A DNA stretch of 48,039 nt from Trueperaceae bacterium. GTDB taxonomy: Bacteria; Deinococcota; Deinococci; Deinococcales; Trueperaceae. The DNA lies in assembly GCA_024642575.1 (NCBI GenBank), contig JAHEBB010000001.1, positions 1-48,039 on the forward strand, written 5' to 3'. Position numbers and translations under genes: made by a program. The notes under the pieces were generated by a model. The model worked only from the letters and a program-made list of their open reading frames with translations, did not search any database and was not told the origin of the DNA. How positions within the stretch are numbered: the stretch's first letter is position 1; every line of letters begins with the position of its first letter. Of this stretch, positions 34,315 through 42,324 are shown piece after piece.

Positions 34315-34328
34315 GGTCTAGACCAGAT
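34311..34328. promoter_or_regulatory. Perfect 18-bp palindromic operator of DasR/NagR (dre) type
   Basis: ATCTGGTCTAGACCAGAT is a perfect inverted repeat. Its 12-bp core TGGTCTAGACCA equals the core of the published Streptomyces DasR-responsive element. It overlaps the -10 box and the probable transcription start of the plus-strand operon. Confidence 0.7.
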
Positions 34329-34347
34329 TAATTTCTGAGAGGACATT

Positions 34348-35649
34348 ATGGCTAGTATCAAGCTTGCATATATTGGTGGTGGTAGCACCCGCGCACCTGG
34401 AACCGTTGCCTCCATTATTCATCAGGGTAAAAACTTTGATGGCAGTGAAATTGTGCTTATTGATTTAGATGAAAATAGGCTCGAGCTTGTTAAAACGATT
34501 GGCGATAAGTTAGCAAAGGCCAGAGGTATCAACCTTAAAATCACAACAACAACGGATAGGCGGGCTGGCCTTAGAGATTGTGACGCAGTTTTAACCAGTT
34601 TTCGTCCAGGTGGTTTTGAGGCTCGTTATCTTGATGAAAGTATCCCCCTTAAATACGGAGTGATCGGGCAAGAAACACAAGGGCCAGGGGGATTTTTTAT
34701 GGCCTTGCGCTCAGTTTATGTGATGCAGGGCATTTTAAACGATATGGAAAGTGTTTGCCCTAAGGCTATTGTTTTTAACTATACCAACCCTATTAATCTT
34801 GTCTCGGAAGCTGTCACGCACCATTCACCTATACGTATTTATTCCCTTTGTGAGGGTCCCATTCTATTTCCAGGTCAGGTTGCCAAAGCTGCCGACCTCG
34901 AGCCTGCAAAAATGAGCGCTACGCTAATTGGTCTTAATCACGCCTCATGGAGCAGCAAACATCAGTATGAGGGTGATGACTTGTTTCCCCTCATTCAAGC
35001 AGCTTATGAGCGTAAGCGTAATGACCCCAATATCGATACCCATACCAAGAGACTTTTGCATATTGCGTCAGTCATGGAAAGTATTCCACCGACAGAGTAT
35101 TTCCAATATTATTTTTTTAAAGACGAGGTTTTAGCGGAATTAAAGGCTAAGCCTAGAACGCGTTCACAAGACATTATGGCTTTGGTGCCTGATTACTGGA
35201 AGCACTACGCAGCGCAAGCTGAGGCCAAAGTTCCAGAGCTTGACCCAGAGCGCTCGAGAGGTGGTATTTATGAGCTCGAGCTTGCCCTTGACCTCATGGA
35301 CGCTATCTTTAATGACCGCAAAGAAGTCTTGCCCGTTAATCTCCCTAATCAGGGGGCACTTCCAGACTTTCCCGATGACCTGGTTGTTGAAGTTCCGGCT
35401 TATGTTGATAGCACGGGCGCAACGCCCCTTACCAGTGGCCCTCTTCCCAAACCCGTTGCCGGTCTTTTAAAAATGCTGGGTGAATATCAATCCTTAACTG
35501 GTAAGGCTGCCTGGTCAGGTAATCGCAGAGATGCTATTCGAGCTTTAGCAAGTAACCCGCTGGTGATGTCACTAGCTAAGGCGGAACTTCTCTATGATGA
35601 AATGGCTGCAGCGCACAAAGCCTATTTGCCAAAGAGGTTAGTCAACTAA
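34348..35649 (+). CDS. Glycoside hydrolase family 4 (NAD/Mn-dependent 6-phospho-glycosidase/glycosidase, ChbF/CelF-like)
   Basis: The N-terminal Rossmann motif is IKLAYIGGGSTRAPG. NYTNPINLVSEAV and SLCEGP (the GH4 Cys motif) are present, as is GLNHASW. Confidence 0.85.
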   Translation: MASIKLAYIGGGSTRAPGTVASIIHQGKNFDGSEIVLIDLDENRLELVKTIGDKLAKARGINLKITTTTDRRAGLRDCDAVLTSFRPGGFEARYLDESIPLKYGVIGQETQGPGGFFMALRSVYVMQGILNDMESVCPKAIVFNYTNPINLVSEAVTHHSPIRIYSLCEGPILFPGQVAKAADLEPAKMSATLIGLNHASWSSKHQYEGDDLFPLIQAAYERKRNDPNIDTHTKRLLHIASVMESIPPTEYFQYYFFKDEVLAELKAKPRTRSQDIMALVPDYWKHYAAQAEAKVPELDPERSRGGIYELELALDLMDAIFNDRKEVLPVNLPNQGALPDFPDDLVVEVPAYVDSTGATPLTSGPLPKPVAGLLKMLGEYQSLTGKAAWSGNRRDAIRALASNPLVMSLAKAELLYDEMAAAHKAYLPKRLVN

Positions 35650-35650
35650 A

Positions 35651-36367
35651 ATGCAAGTTCTGCGCGTACTTAATTCGAGTTTTAATCAGCACGGGGCAGC
35701 GCTGATTGCTAGCCTCCTTAGAGCCAAGCCAAATGCAAATTTGGTGATTGCAACTGGTAACACGCCGATGGGTGTTTATGATGAATTAGCAAAGCTAAAA
35801 CTACAAGGAGAACTGGACAGCTCGAGCCTTCATGCTTTTCAGCTGGATGCTTATGCTGATGTGCCTCTAAGTGACCCACGCTCCCTGCAAGGCTGGTCGC
35901 GGCGTTCTTTTGTTGAACCTTTAGGTCTTGCTGAAAAGCAGTTCACGCCCCTCATAGGCTACTCTGACAATCATGAAAGGGCTTGTCAAAGCTATCATGA
36001 TGCGGTGATTAAAGCAGGTGGTTACGATTTAGCCATTTTAGGGCTAGGTCCAAATGGACACTTGGGTTTTAACGAACCACCCTCGAGCAAGACCTCGACG
36101 ACTCGCGTGATTAGCCTGACTGAAGAAAGCCTCATTAGCAATGCCGTCTATTGGGGCAGGGGAAATGTACCTACCCAAGCGCTGACTGCTGGCATGGACT
36201 TGCTATTAGCTGCTAAACAAATCTTGCTACTGGTAACAGGTAAGCATAAATACGAGATTTTACAAAAAACGCTTTATGGTGCGATTACGCCAGAAGTTCC
36301 CTCGAGCTATTTGCAGGCATCCCAGCACGTGATGGTACTTGCCGATGAAGCAGCTCTAGGCAGCTAA
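35651..36367 (+). CDS. nagB: Glucosamine-6-phosphate deaminase family protein
   Basis: 238 aa. Motifs are ATGNTPMGVYDEL, FQLDAY and LGLGPNGHLGFNEP, which are characteristic NagB/SolR-fold blocks. Confidence 0.8.
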   Translation: MQVLRVLNSSFNQHGAALIASLLRAKPNANLVIATGNTPMGVYDELAKLKLQGELDSSSLHAFQLDAYADVPLSDPRSLQGWSRRSFVEPLGLAEKQFTPLIGYSDNHERACQSYHDAVIKAGGYDLAILGLGPNGHLGFNEPPSSKTSTTRVISLTEESLISNAVYWGRGNVPTQALTAGMDLLLAAKQILLLVTGKHKYEILQKTLYGAITPEVPSSYLQASQHVMVLADEAALGS

Positions 36368-36371
36368 AGCT

Positions 36372-37340
36372 ATGGAAATAGTTCTTGGGGTTGATGCAGG
36401 TAATACTAAGACCATTGCTTTAGTCTCAGATTTGCAAGGGAATATAGTTGGCAAAGGCCGCAGTGGTTGTGGCGATATTTATGGGGTAAAAGATAAGCTC
36501 GAGGCTATTGCTAATCTGCGAGAGGCTACTAAGCAAGCCCTTGCCCCCTTTGACCTGCTTCCCAGTCAAGCCTGCTTTTGTCTTGCGGGTGCTGATTGGC
36601 AAGATGATTATAAGTACCTCAAGGAGCAACTTATCGCTATTGTTCCTTACACGCCTTTTCAGCTTTATAACGACGGTTTAGGTGCGCTCCGAGCAGGCAG
36701 TCCTACGGGTTATGGTTTGGCCATTTCTGTAGGAACTTATGTGGCAACGGCCTCACGCTCCCCGACTGCTTTCTGGCATAGCAGTTTCTGGCAAGAGGAA
36801 AGTGGTGCACGTTATATGGCAGCCGATTGTCTCAAAGCCCTTTACCGCGCAGACCTTGGGCTAATGGCGACGAGTTCAATGAAAGATAGAATTCTCGAGC
36901 TTTATCAGTTGCCTACTGTTGAAGCTTTGCTCTACAACCAGACGAGTCTTCAGACCAAAGCGATTTTTATCCATGAAGGTCAGATTGTAAGGGTACTGCT
37001 TGAGGAAGCTGACAAAGGTGACAAGGTAGCGCTTAGTATTATCAAACATCATGCTGACTTACTGACAAATACGGCTTTGGTAGCTATTCGTAAGGTTGGG
37101 CTCGAGTCGCCGTTTCCCCTGGTGTTTAGTGGAGGAGTGTTAAAGCATCCCTCAAGACTTTTACCTGGTGAAATTGTGAAGCGCTTACAAACACACTACG
37201 CTATAGACGTCGTTAACAGTCAGCGCGAACCGGTGCTCGGGGCATTACTCTTTGCCTTAGAAGCAAAAGCTCTAGCCAATCAGCAGACGCTTGAGCGACT
37301 CGAGGCAAGTTTACCTGAAGCCGCATTTTTCAGCACATAG
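36372..37340 (+). CDS. BadF/BadG/BcrA/BcrD-type ATPase (N-acetylglucosamine/glucosamine kinase-like)
   Basis: The N-terminal phosphate-1 motif is VLGVDAGNTKTIALV. ND(G)LGALRAG and FSGGVLKH blocks fit the ASKHA fold of eukaryote-type GlcNAc kinases. Confidence 0.72.
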   Translation: MEIVLGVDAGNTKTIALVSDLQGNIVGKGRSGCGDIYGVKDKLEAIANLREATKQALAPFDLLPSQACFCLAGADWQDDYKYLKEQLIAIVPYTPFQLYNDGLGALRAGSPTGYGLAISVGTYVATASRSPTAFWHSSFWQEESGARYMAADCLKALYRADLGLMATSSMKDRILELYQLPTVEALLYNQTSLQTKAIFIHEGQIVRVLLEEADKGDKVALSIIKHHADLLTNTALVAIRKVGLESPFPLVFSGGVLKHPSRLLPGEIVKRLQTHYAIDVVNSQREPVLGALLFALEAKALANQQTLERLEASLPEAAFFST

Positions 37341-37347
37341 GAGGACT

Positions 37348-38466
37348 ATGACAGTCAAGTTAGGCATTCTGGGATGTGGCAGTGTTTTGTGGGGGCCTTA
37401 TTTAAGCCTGCTCGAGCCGCTTATACGTGAAGGTCGTGTTGAAATTTGCGCTGCCTATGACCCGATTCCAGCCAAGGCAGAGGCCGTTAACAAAAGACTT
37501 GGACTGACAAAGAGGGCAAACAGTACTGAAGAGGTCATTGACCATAAAGAACTTAATACCGTAGGTATTTTTACCAGTATGAAGGCACATGCCAGCCTGA
37601 CCATTGCTGCGCTCGAGGCGGGCAAGCATGTGCTGGTTGAAAAACCTATGGCGACTACCTTGGCAGAGGGGCAGCGGGTGCTTGAAGTTGCCCGAAAGGC
37701 CAAGGGAAAACTTATTTGCGCACCTCATATTTTATTGTCACCAACCTATCAGGCAATGTACGCTCACATTAAGGAAAAAAGTATAGGGGAAGTGCTTAGT
37801 GCAAGAGCGCGCTACGGCTGGTCTGGCCCCTGGTGGGGTAAATGGTTTTACGAACCAGGAGGTGGCTCGCTCTTTGATTTGGGCATCTACAACGTAACCA
37901 GTCTTTGCGGCTTTATGGGGAGTGCCAAACGTGTGACGGCTATGGCGGGAGTTGCCATTCCTGAACGAGAAGTTGAAGGTGAGACGATAACTGTGAACCC
38001 TGACGCTGAAGATAATGCCCATGTTCTGATTGACTTTGGTCAAAACCGTTTTGCAGTGATAACGACGGGATTCACGATGCAAAAATACCGCTCACCCGCC
38101 ATTGAGCTATATGGCAGTACAGGGGTGTTGCAAATGCTTGGGGATGACTGGGCACCGGAAGGTTATGAACTCTGGCGCAATACCAAGGGAACTTGGGAAT
38201 TTTTCCCAGACACTGAACCTGGCTGGCCTTGGACTGCCGGTATGACACATCTGGTTCGTTGTATTGAAGAAGATGCAAAGCCGCTCATTCGACCTGAGCA
38301 CGCTTATCATGCACTTGAGATTATTTTGGCGGCTAAAGCAGCTGCTAAAGATGGGCAGGCTCGAGCTATTTCAAGTCAGTTCCCAGCCCCTGATTACCTA
38401 AGCCTGGCTAGCCAAGACGATGCCGAAAAACGCAAACGTCGCCAGCACGACCCGAGGTCACTATGA
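37348..38466 (+). CDS. Gfo/Idh/MocA family NAD(P)-dependent oxidoreductase
   Basis: AGGAGG lies 3 nt upstream of the ATG at 37348 (the track ORF starts at the TTG at 37291, inside the previous gene). Motifs are MTVKLGILGCGSV and HVLVEKPMA. Confidence 0.85.
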   Translation: MTVKLGILGCGSVLWGPYLSLLEPLIREGRVEICAAYDPIPAKAEAVNKRLGLTKRANSTEEVIDHKELNTVGIFTSMKAHASLTIAALEAGKHVLVEKPMATTLAEGQRVLEVARKAKGKLICAPHILLSPTYQAMYAHIKEKSIGEVLSARARYGWSGPWWGKWFYEPGGGSLFDLGIYNVTSLCGFMGSAKRVTAMAGVAIPEREVEGETITVNPDAEDNAHVLIDFGQNRFAVITTGFTMQKYRSPAIELYGSTGVLQMLGDDWAPEGYELWRNTKGTWEFFPDTEPGWPWTAGMTHLVRCIEEDAKPLIRPEHAYHALEIILAAKAAAKDGQARAISSQFPAPDYLSLASQDDAEKRKRRQHDPRSL

Positions 38467-39338
38467 GTCAACAAGAAAATTCTACCAAAGTCAGCTATCA
38501 AGCTTCACCGCGCCCCTCTTTTGATAAAGCTACCCTTATTCGCTATGACACTGTGACGCGACATCTTTGGGGAGATGATGAAGCTGGACGCGTGGCTGAC
38601 TGGATTTATGTATCGAGTCAAGACATTCATCAAATTGTCTTTGGGCTTCCGCCGGGAGGGGTGTTTCGGCATTCCGAGGCTTACCGAACCGTTTTTGGTG
38701 CAGATGAAGTCTTACTCGTTTTAGAAGGTGAAATGGCCTTTTCTAATCCAGAAGAGGCTGAAGTTCATGTGGTCAAGCAAGGTGAAGCAGTCTTCTTTCG
38801 CAAAGATACCTGGCATCATGCGCATAGCGTGAGTCAGGATGCTTTGAGAGTGCTCGAATTTTTTGCTCCACCGCCCGCAACAGGAACCTCCGGGGCATAT
38901 GCTAAAACTAAGCCCTATCTTTCAGAGTCGCGTTATACGCGAGATGAGCTTTTAACGCACTGGCCAGCTAAGCAAGCTGAAACGCTTAAAACCAATACTA
39001 TTCGTGTTATCAGAGAGCAAGATCTGTTGTGGCGGCTCGAAGGTAAAGACCCTATCTTGGTAGGTATTCTGGCTTCAACTGAGCATCTTATGGTGGGAAA
39101 AGTCAGGCTTTTACCTGGTCAAGTTTCAAGTGTTCATACCCACGCTGGGGCTGAAAGTATCTATGTCTTAGAAGGAACCCTTAATGTTTTAACTCAAGAA
39201 GAAAATGGTAAGCAGTGGCTCGAGGCAAAGCCTAAAGATGGCATTTTTATTCCTTCAAAGGCAAGTCATCAATATTACAACTATAGTGCTGAGATCGTTG
39301 AGTTTGTTTTTGGAGTCGCGCCAAACTATTTACCTTGA
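38463..39338 (+). CDS. Bicupin protein of unknown specificity
   Basis: There are two cupin barrels. The first is LVLEGEMAFSNPEEAEVHVVKQGEAVFFRKDTWHHAHS. The second is LLPGQVSSVHTHAGAESIYVLEGTLNV followed by GIFIPSKASHQYYN. The start overlaps the upstream stop codon (ATGA). Confidence 0.7.
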   Translation: MSQQENSTKVSYQASPRPSFDKATLIRYDTVTRHLWGDDEAGRVADWIYVSSQDIHQIVFGLPPGGVFRHSEAYRTVFGADEVLLVLEGEMAFSNPEEAEVHVVKQGEAVFFRKDTWHHAHSVSQDALRVLEFFAPPPATGTSGAYAKTKPYLSESRYTRDELLTHWPAKQAETLKTNTIRVIREQDLLWRLEGKDPILVGILASTEHLMVGKVRLLPGQVSSVHTHAGAESIYVLEGTLNVLTQEENGKQWLEAKPKDGIFIPSKASHQYYNYSAEIVEFVFGVAPNYLP

Positions 39339-40249
39339 TGATGGAACGGTACGCTATTGGTATTGATATAGGCGGCACAAAAATTGCCGCAGGCTTGATT
39401 TCAGAATCGGCTAAGGTTTTGTTTCCTAAACATGTCCCTACCGAGGCACACCTTGGGGGCGAGGCTGTTTTAGCCAAAGTTGACGGGCTCATTCAAGAGC
39501 TTTTACAAAAGGCTCAAGGCATACAGATTGAAGGTATTGGGCTTGGTATTGCAGAATTGGTTGATAATCGAGGCAAAATAAGCAGCAGTCACACTATCAA
39601 ATGGCAATGGCTTGACGTTCGGTCAAGACTTTCCCGAGACTTTCCCATGGTTATTGAAGCAGATGTGCGTGCAGCAGCACTGGCTGAGGCGCGTTTTGGG
39701 GCTGGAAAAAATTTTAAGAATTTTCTTTTTATAACCGTAGGAACGGGTATCAGTCATAGTCTGGTCATAGCCGGAACTCCCTATGCTGGAAGCCATGGCA
39801 ATGCGCTACTCTTTGCTTCTAGCCCCATTACGATTTACGATAAGAATGAAGCAAAAACCTACCCTGCTCTTGAAGATTTTAGTTCAGGGCCAGCAATTGT
39901 AAAGCGTTATAATCAAGCAACAGGGAAAACGTTTCTTAAGGGGCAAGAAGTTGTTGCTGCTTCTGAGCAAGGCGATAGGGAAGCCCAGTTCGTGCTCGAG
40001 TCTGCGGGTACGGCTTTGGGTGCTGGTGTGGGGTGGTTGGTCAATACCCTAGACCCAGAGATTATTGTTCTTGGTGGTGGTCTTGGAGTATCTGAAGGGC
40101 ATTATTGGCAGGCATTTGAAAGCTCTATACGACAGCATATCTGGGCTGAAGTGAGCCAGAAAATTAGCCTTCACAAAGCCGCCTTTGGTATAGAGGCAGC
40201 TATGCTAGGTGCAGCACTCAAGGTATTTGAAGGCGAAAATATTTTTTGA
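39338..40249 (+). CDS. ROK family protein (sugar kinase-like, no HTH)
   Basis: AIGIDIGGTKIAAG is the ATP-binding motif. VGTGISHSLVIAG and IIVLGGGLG are also present. The ATG overlaps the upstream TGA (TGATG). Confidence 0.85.
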   Translation: MMERYAIGIDIGGTKIAAGLISESAKVLFPKHVPTEAHLGGEAVLAKVDGLIQELLQKAQGIQIEGIGLGIAELVDNRGKISSSHTIKWQWLDVRSRLSRDFPMVIEADVRAAALAEARFGAGKNFKNFLFITVGTGISHSLVIAGTPYAGSHGNALLFASSPITIYDKNEAKTYPALEDFSSGPAIVKRYNQATGKTFLKGQEVVAASEQGDREAQFVLESAGTALGAGVGWLVNTLDPEIIVLGGGLGVSEGHYWQAFESSIRQHIWAEVSQKISLHKAAFGIEAAMLGAALKVFEGENIF

Positions 40250-40255
40250 GAAATG

Positions 40256-40419
40256 TATAGGCTTTCCAATTTTTATTGGTAAATATCGGCGGGTTCAATC
40301 TGATTCCGTGTTCACTCGTCATTCCGCCTTTAGCCCCAGCGAAGGCTGGGGGAGGCTGGAATCAATAGCCTAGAATTTGACGAAACCTGCATTTGCAATT
40401 CTCAAATCATTTTAGATTG
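40256..40419 (+). repeat. Copy 2 of the ~165-bp intergenic repeat
   Basis: Same orientation and same hairpin core (CCCCAGC GAAG GCTGGGG at 40334-40351) as copy 1 at 30072-30236. It begins 7 nt after the ROK stop codon, in a convergent spacer. Confidence 0.85.
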
Positions 40420-40550
40420 ATTATATAAATAAGGGGTTGAACTCAATTTTCCCATTTAAAAGTTTGGTGCTAGGGTTTAAGGGCGAAATACTTTGCGGTG
40501 TATTCAGTAGAAATTTCAATTCTTGTTGCTTGCCTTTTCTACCAACAGTC

Positions 40551-41648
40551 TCACTGAGCAGGGAAGGTATAAACATCTTGCTGATAAGCAATGCCCGTAT
40601 GCAATTCTCCGTCAAACTCGAAAAATGTAGCATTTTCCCAGTGGGAACCCTGTCCCCAAAGCGTAGAACATTTGGTTGAAACCCAGGCGGGCTCCCAGTA
40701 AATGACCCCCAACGCCTTACTTGTTATTAGACTTTGGCTTAAATCATGCATATAGCTGCGTTGACCCTCTGAGGTTATAGGGTAGTCTTTTAACCCCTCC
40801 GTTAGAATATTGCTTGCGGTTTCTTCAACATAATCGAGCGTCCAGGGGTAGGCTGTTTCGACGATCATGACTTCTTTTTTGAACCGTTCGCGTAAAAATC
40901 CTACCTGCTCGGCTAAATCGGTGATACTAAAGCTGCTCCACTGAGGGTAATAAGAAATTCCAATAATGTCAAAGCCCTCGATCCCAGCTTTTTCCGCTTC
41001 CGTAAACCACCAGGTAGTATTTTCGGGCTGAGCTACGTGCAAAAGAATTTGAATACTGAGTTTATGGGTAGTAGAAAAATCTCTTACGGCGCGAATTCCA
41101 GCATTAAAAAGCTGAACATCCCTTGGCCAGTCAGATTTAATAATTTCTTTTAACATCCCAGAATTGGTTTCATTGCCAATTTGCACAAAATCAGGGGGTA
41201 AGCCTTCTTTATAGAGTTCGCTCATGACCTCTTGGGTATAGCTATATACGGCATTTGCTAAATCATTCGTAGTTTCAAGTGTTGCCCAGGCCTCTGGTAT
41301 AGTTTGCCTTCCTGGATCAGCCCAGGTATCTGAGTAATGAATGTCAAGCATCGTTGACATTCCAGCGTTTTTGGCTCGCCTGAAGGTTTTTTTGACATCG
41401 GATAGATTGCTATAGTTTGTCCAAGTTGGCGTATGCCAGAGTCTTGCCCTCACTAGAGTTGAGCCAAAATCGTGAAATAAGTTAAAAGGGTCTTGCGGTT
41501 CGCCTTTTACTTTATATATTGCGCCACAGTCTTCCATTTCATTGACGTAAGACAAATCAACCCCGAAGTAAAACATTGTTGCTCCTTCTTGTGCCTTAAT
41601 ACCCCCATAAAATAAGCAAAACAGACTTAAAGCTAGGATGACTTTCAT
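40551..41648 (-). CDS. Secreted GH53 arabinogalactan endo-beta-1,4-galactanase
   Basis: The signal peptide is MKVILALSLFCLFYGGIKAQ. Motifs are FGVDLSYVNEME, ARLWHTP, DIHYSDTWADPG, VQIGNETNSGML (acid/base Glu) and IVETAYPW (nucleophile Glu). Confidence 0.85.
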   Translation of the reverse strand: MKVILALSLFCLFYGGIKAQEGATMFYFGVDLSYVNEMEDCGAIYKVKGEPQDPFNLFHDFGSTLVRARLWHTPTWTNYSNLSDVKKTFRRAKNAGMSTMLDIHYSDTWADPGRQTIPEAWATLETTNDLANAVYSYTQEVMSELYKEGLPPDFVQIGNETNSGMLKEIIKSDWPRDVQLFNAGIRAVRDFSTTHKLSIQILLHVAQPENTTWWFTEAEKAGIEGFDIIGISYYPQWSSFSITDLAEQVGFLRERFKKEVMIVETAYPWTLDYVEETASNILTEGLKDYPITSEGQRSYMHDLSQSLITSKALGVIYWEPAWVSTKCSTLWGQGSHWENATFFEFDGELHTGIAYQQDVYTFPAQ

Positions 41649-42288
41649 AGTGGCTTACCATACTCTGTGAGGAGCTTAAGATTCCAGTAGCTTAGAGAAT
41701 TAGTGTGTGTGTGATCTGTTGTCGGTAGAATTTACCCAATACGCATAGCTTTCTCTGAACGGGGCTCGAGCCACTATCTGAAATACTTTAACTTTCAAGT
41801 AGCCAATAAATTCAGATTGCTTAAGGTCACTGGCTATGAACTTAAGGGCTCTTTATATAGGGCAGACGTTTAGGGAAAATCGGCTAGGGTAGCTTGGGTC
41901 GCAAGGCATAATATGACATCAAGCAGTTGGCAGCCATACTTTAATCTCAGAGATCAATTCCCGAGACTTGCCTCGAAACAAAGGTGCGTCAAGGTAAGCA
42001 AAGCTTACGAGATTATTCTTATTACTATGGGCTTGCCGCGGGAAATTTTTGTTTAACATAAGCAGCCATTTTATAAACGGTCATCAAGTAATGATTTCGT
42101 AGGTTACGGTAAATGGGCTTTGAAAACCCGTGCTATTTGATATGGGTTACGTTCCTGATTGGTAATTTCTACCTAAAAGGTGTTTTCTAAGTGCAAAATA
42201 GCAATATATTTTCGGCTGTTTGCCTTATTTGTTTACTTAATAAAACCCTTTGATTGGAAATAATTCAAACTAACAAGTAGACTGTTTT

Positions 42289-42312
42289 AATTAAGGGCTC
42301 GAGCTCTTAATT
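42289..42312. promoter_or_regulatory. 24-bp near-perfect palindrome centred on CTCGAG, just upstream of the peptide-SBP RBS
   Basis: AATTAAGGGCTCGAGCTCTTAATT has one mismatch between its arms. The GGGAGG RBS starts 2 nt downstream and the ATG is at 42325. It could be an operator or a 5'-UTR hairpin; the function is unknown. Confidence 0.3.
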
Positions 42313-42324
42313 TGGGAGGTCACG

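Noticed and set aside
40421-40679. Two overlapping ORFs of 70-80 aa lie at the 3' end of the GH53 gene.
   Set aside because: They partly overlap the GH53 coding sequence, and their translations are low-complexity. No RBS is present.
41703-41712. A (GT)5 dinucleotide run.
   Set aside because: It is too short to be a meaningful microsatellite or phase-variation tract, and it is not positioned within a promoter spacer or coding frame that I can define.
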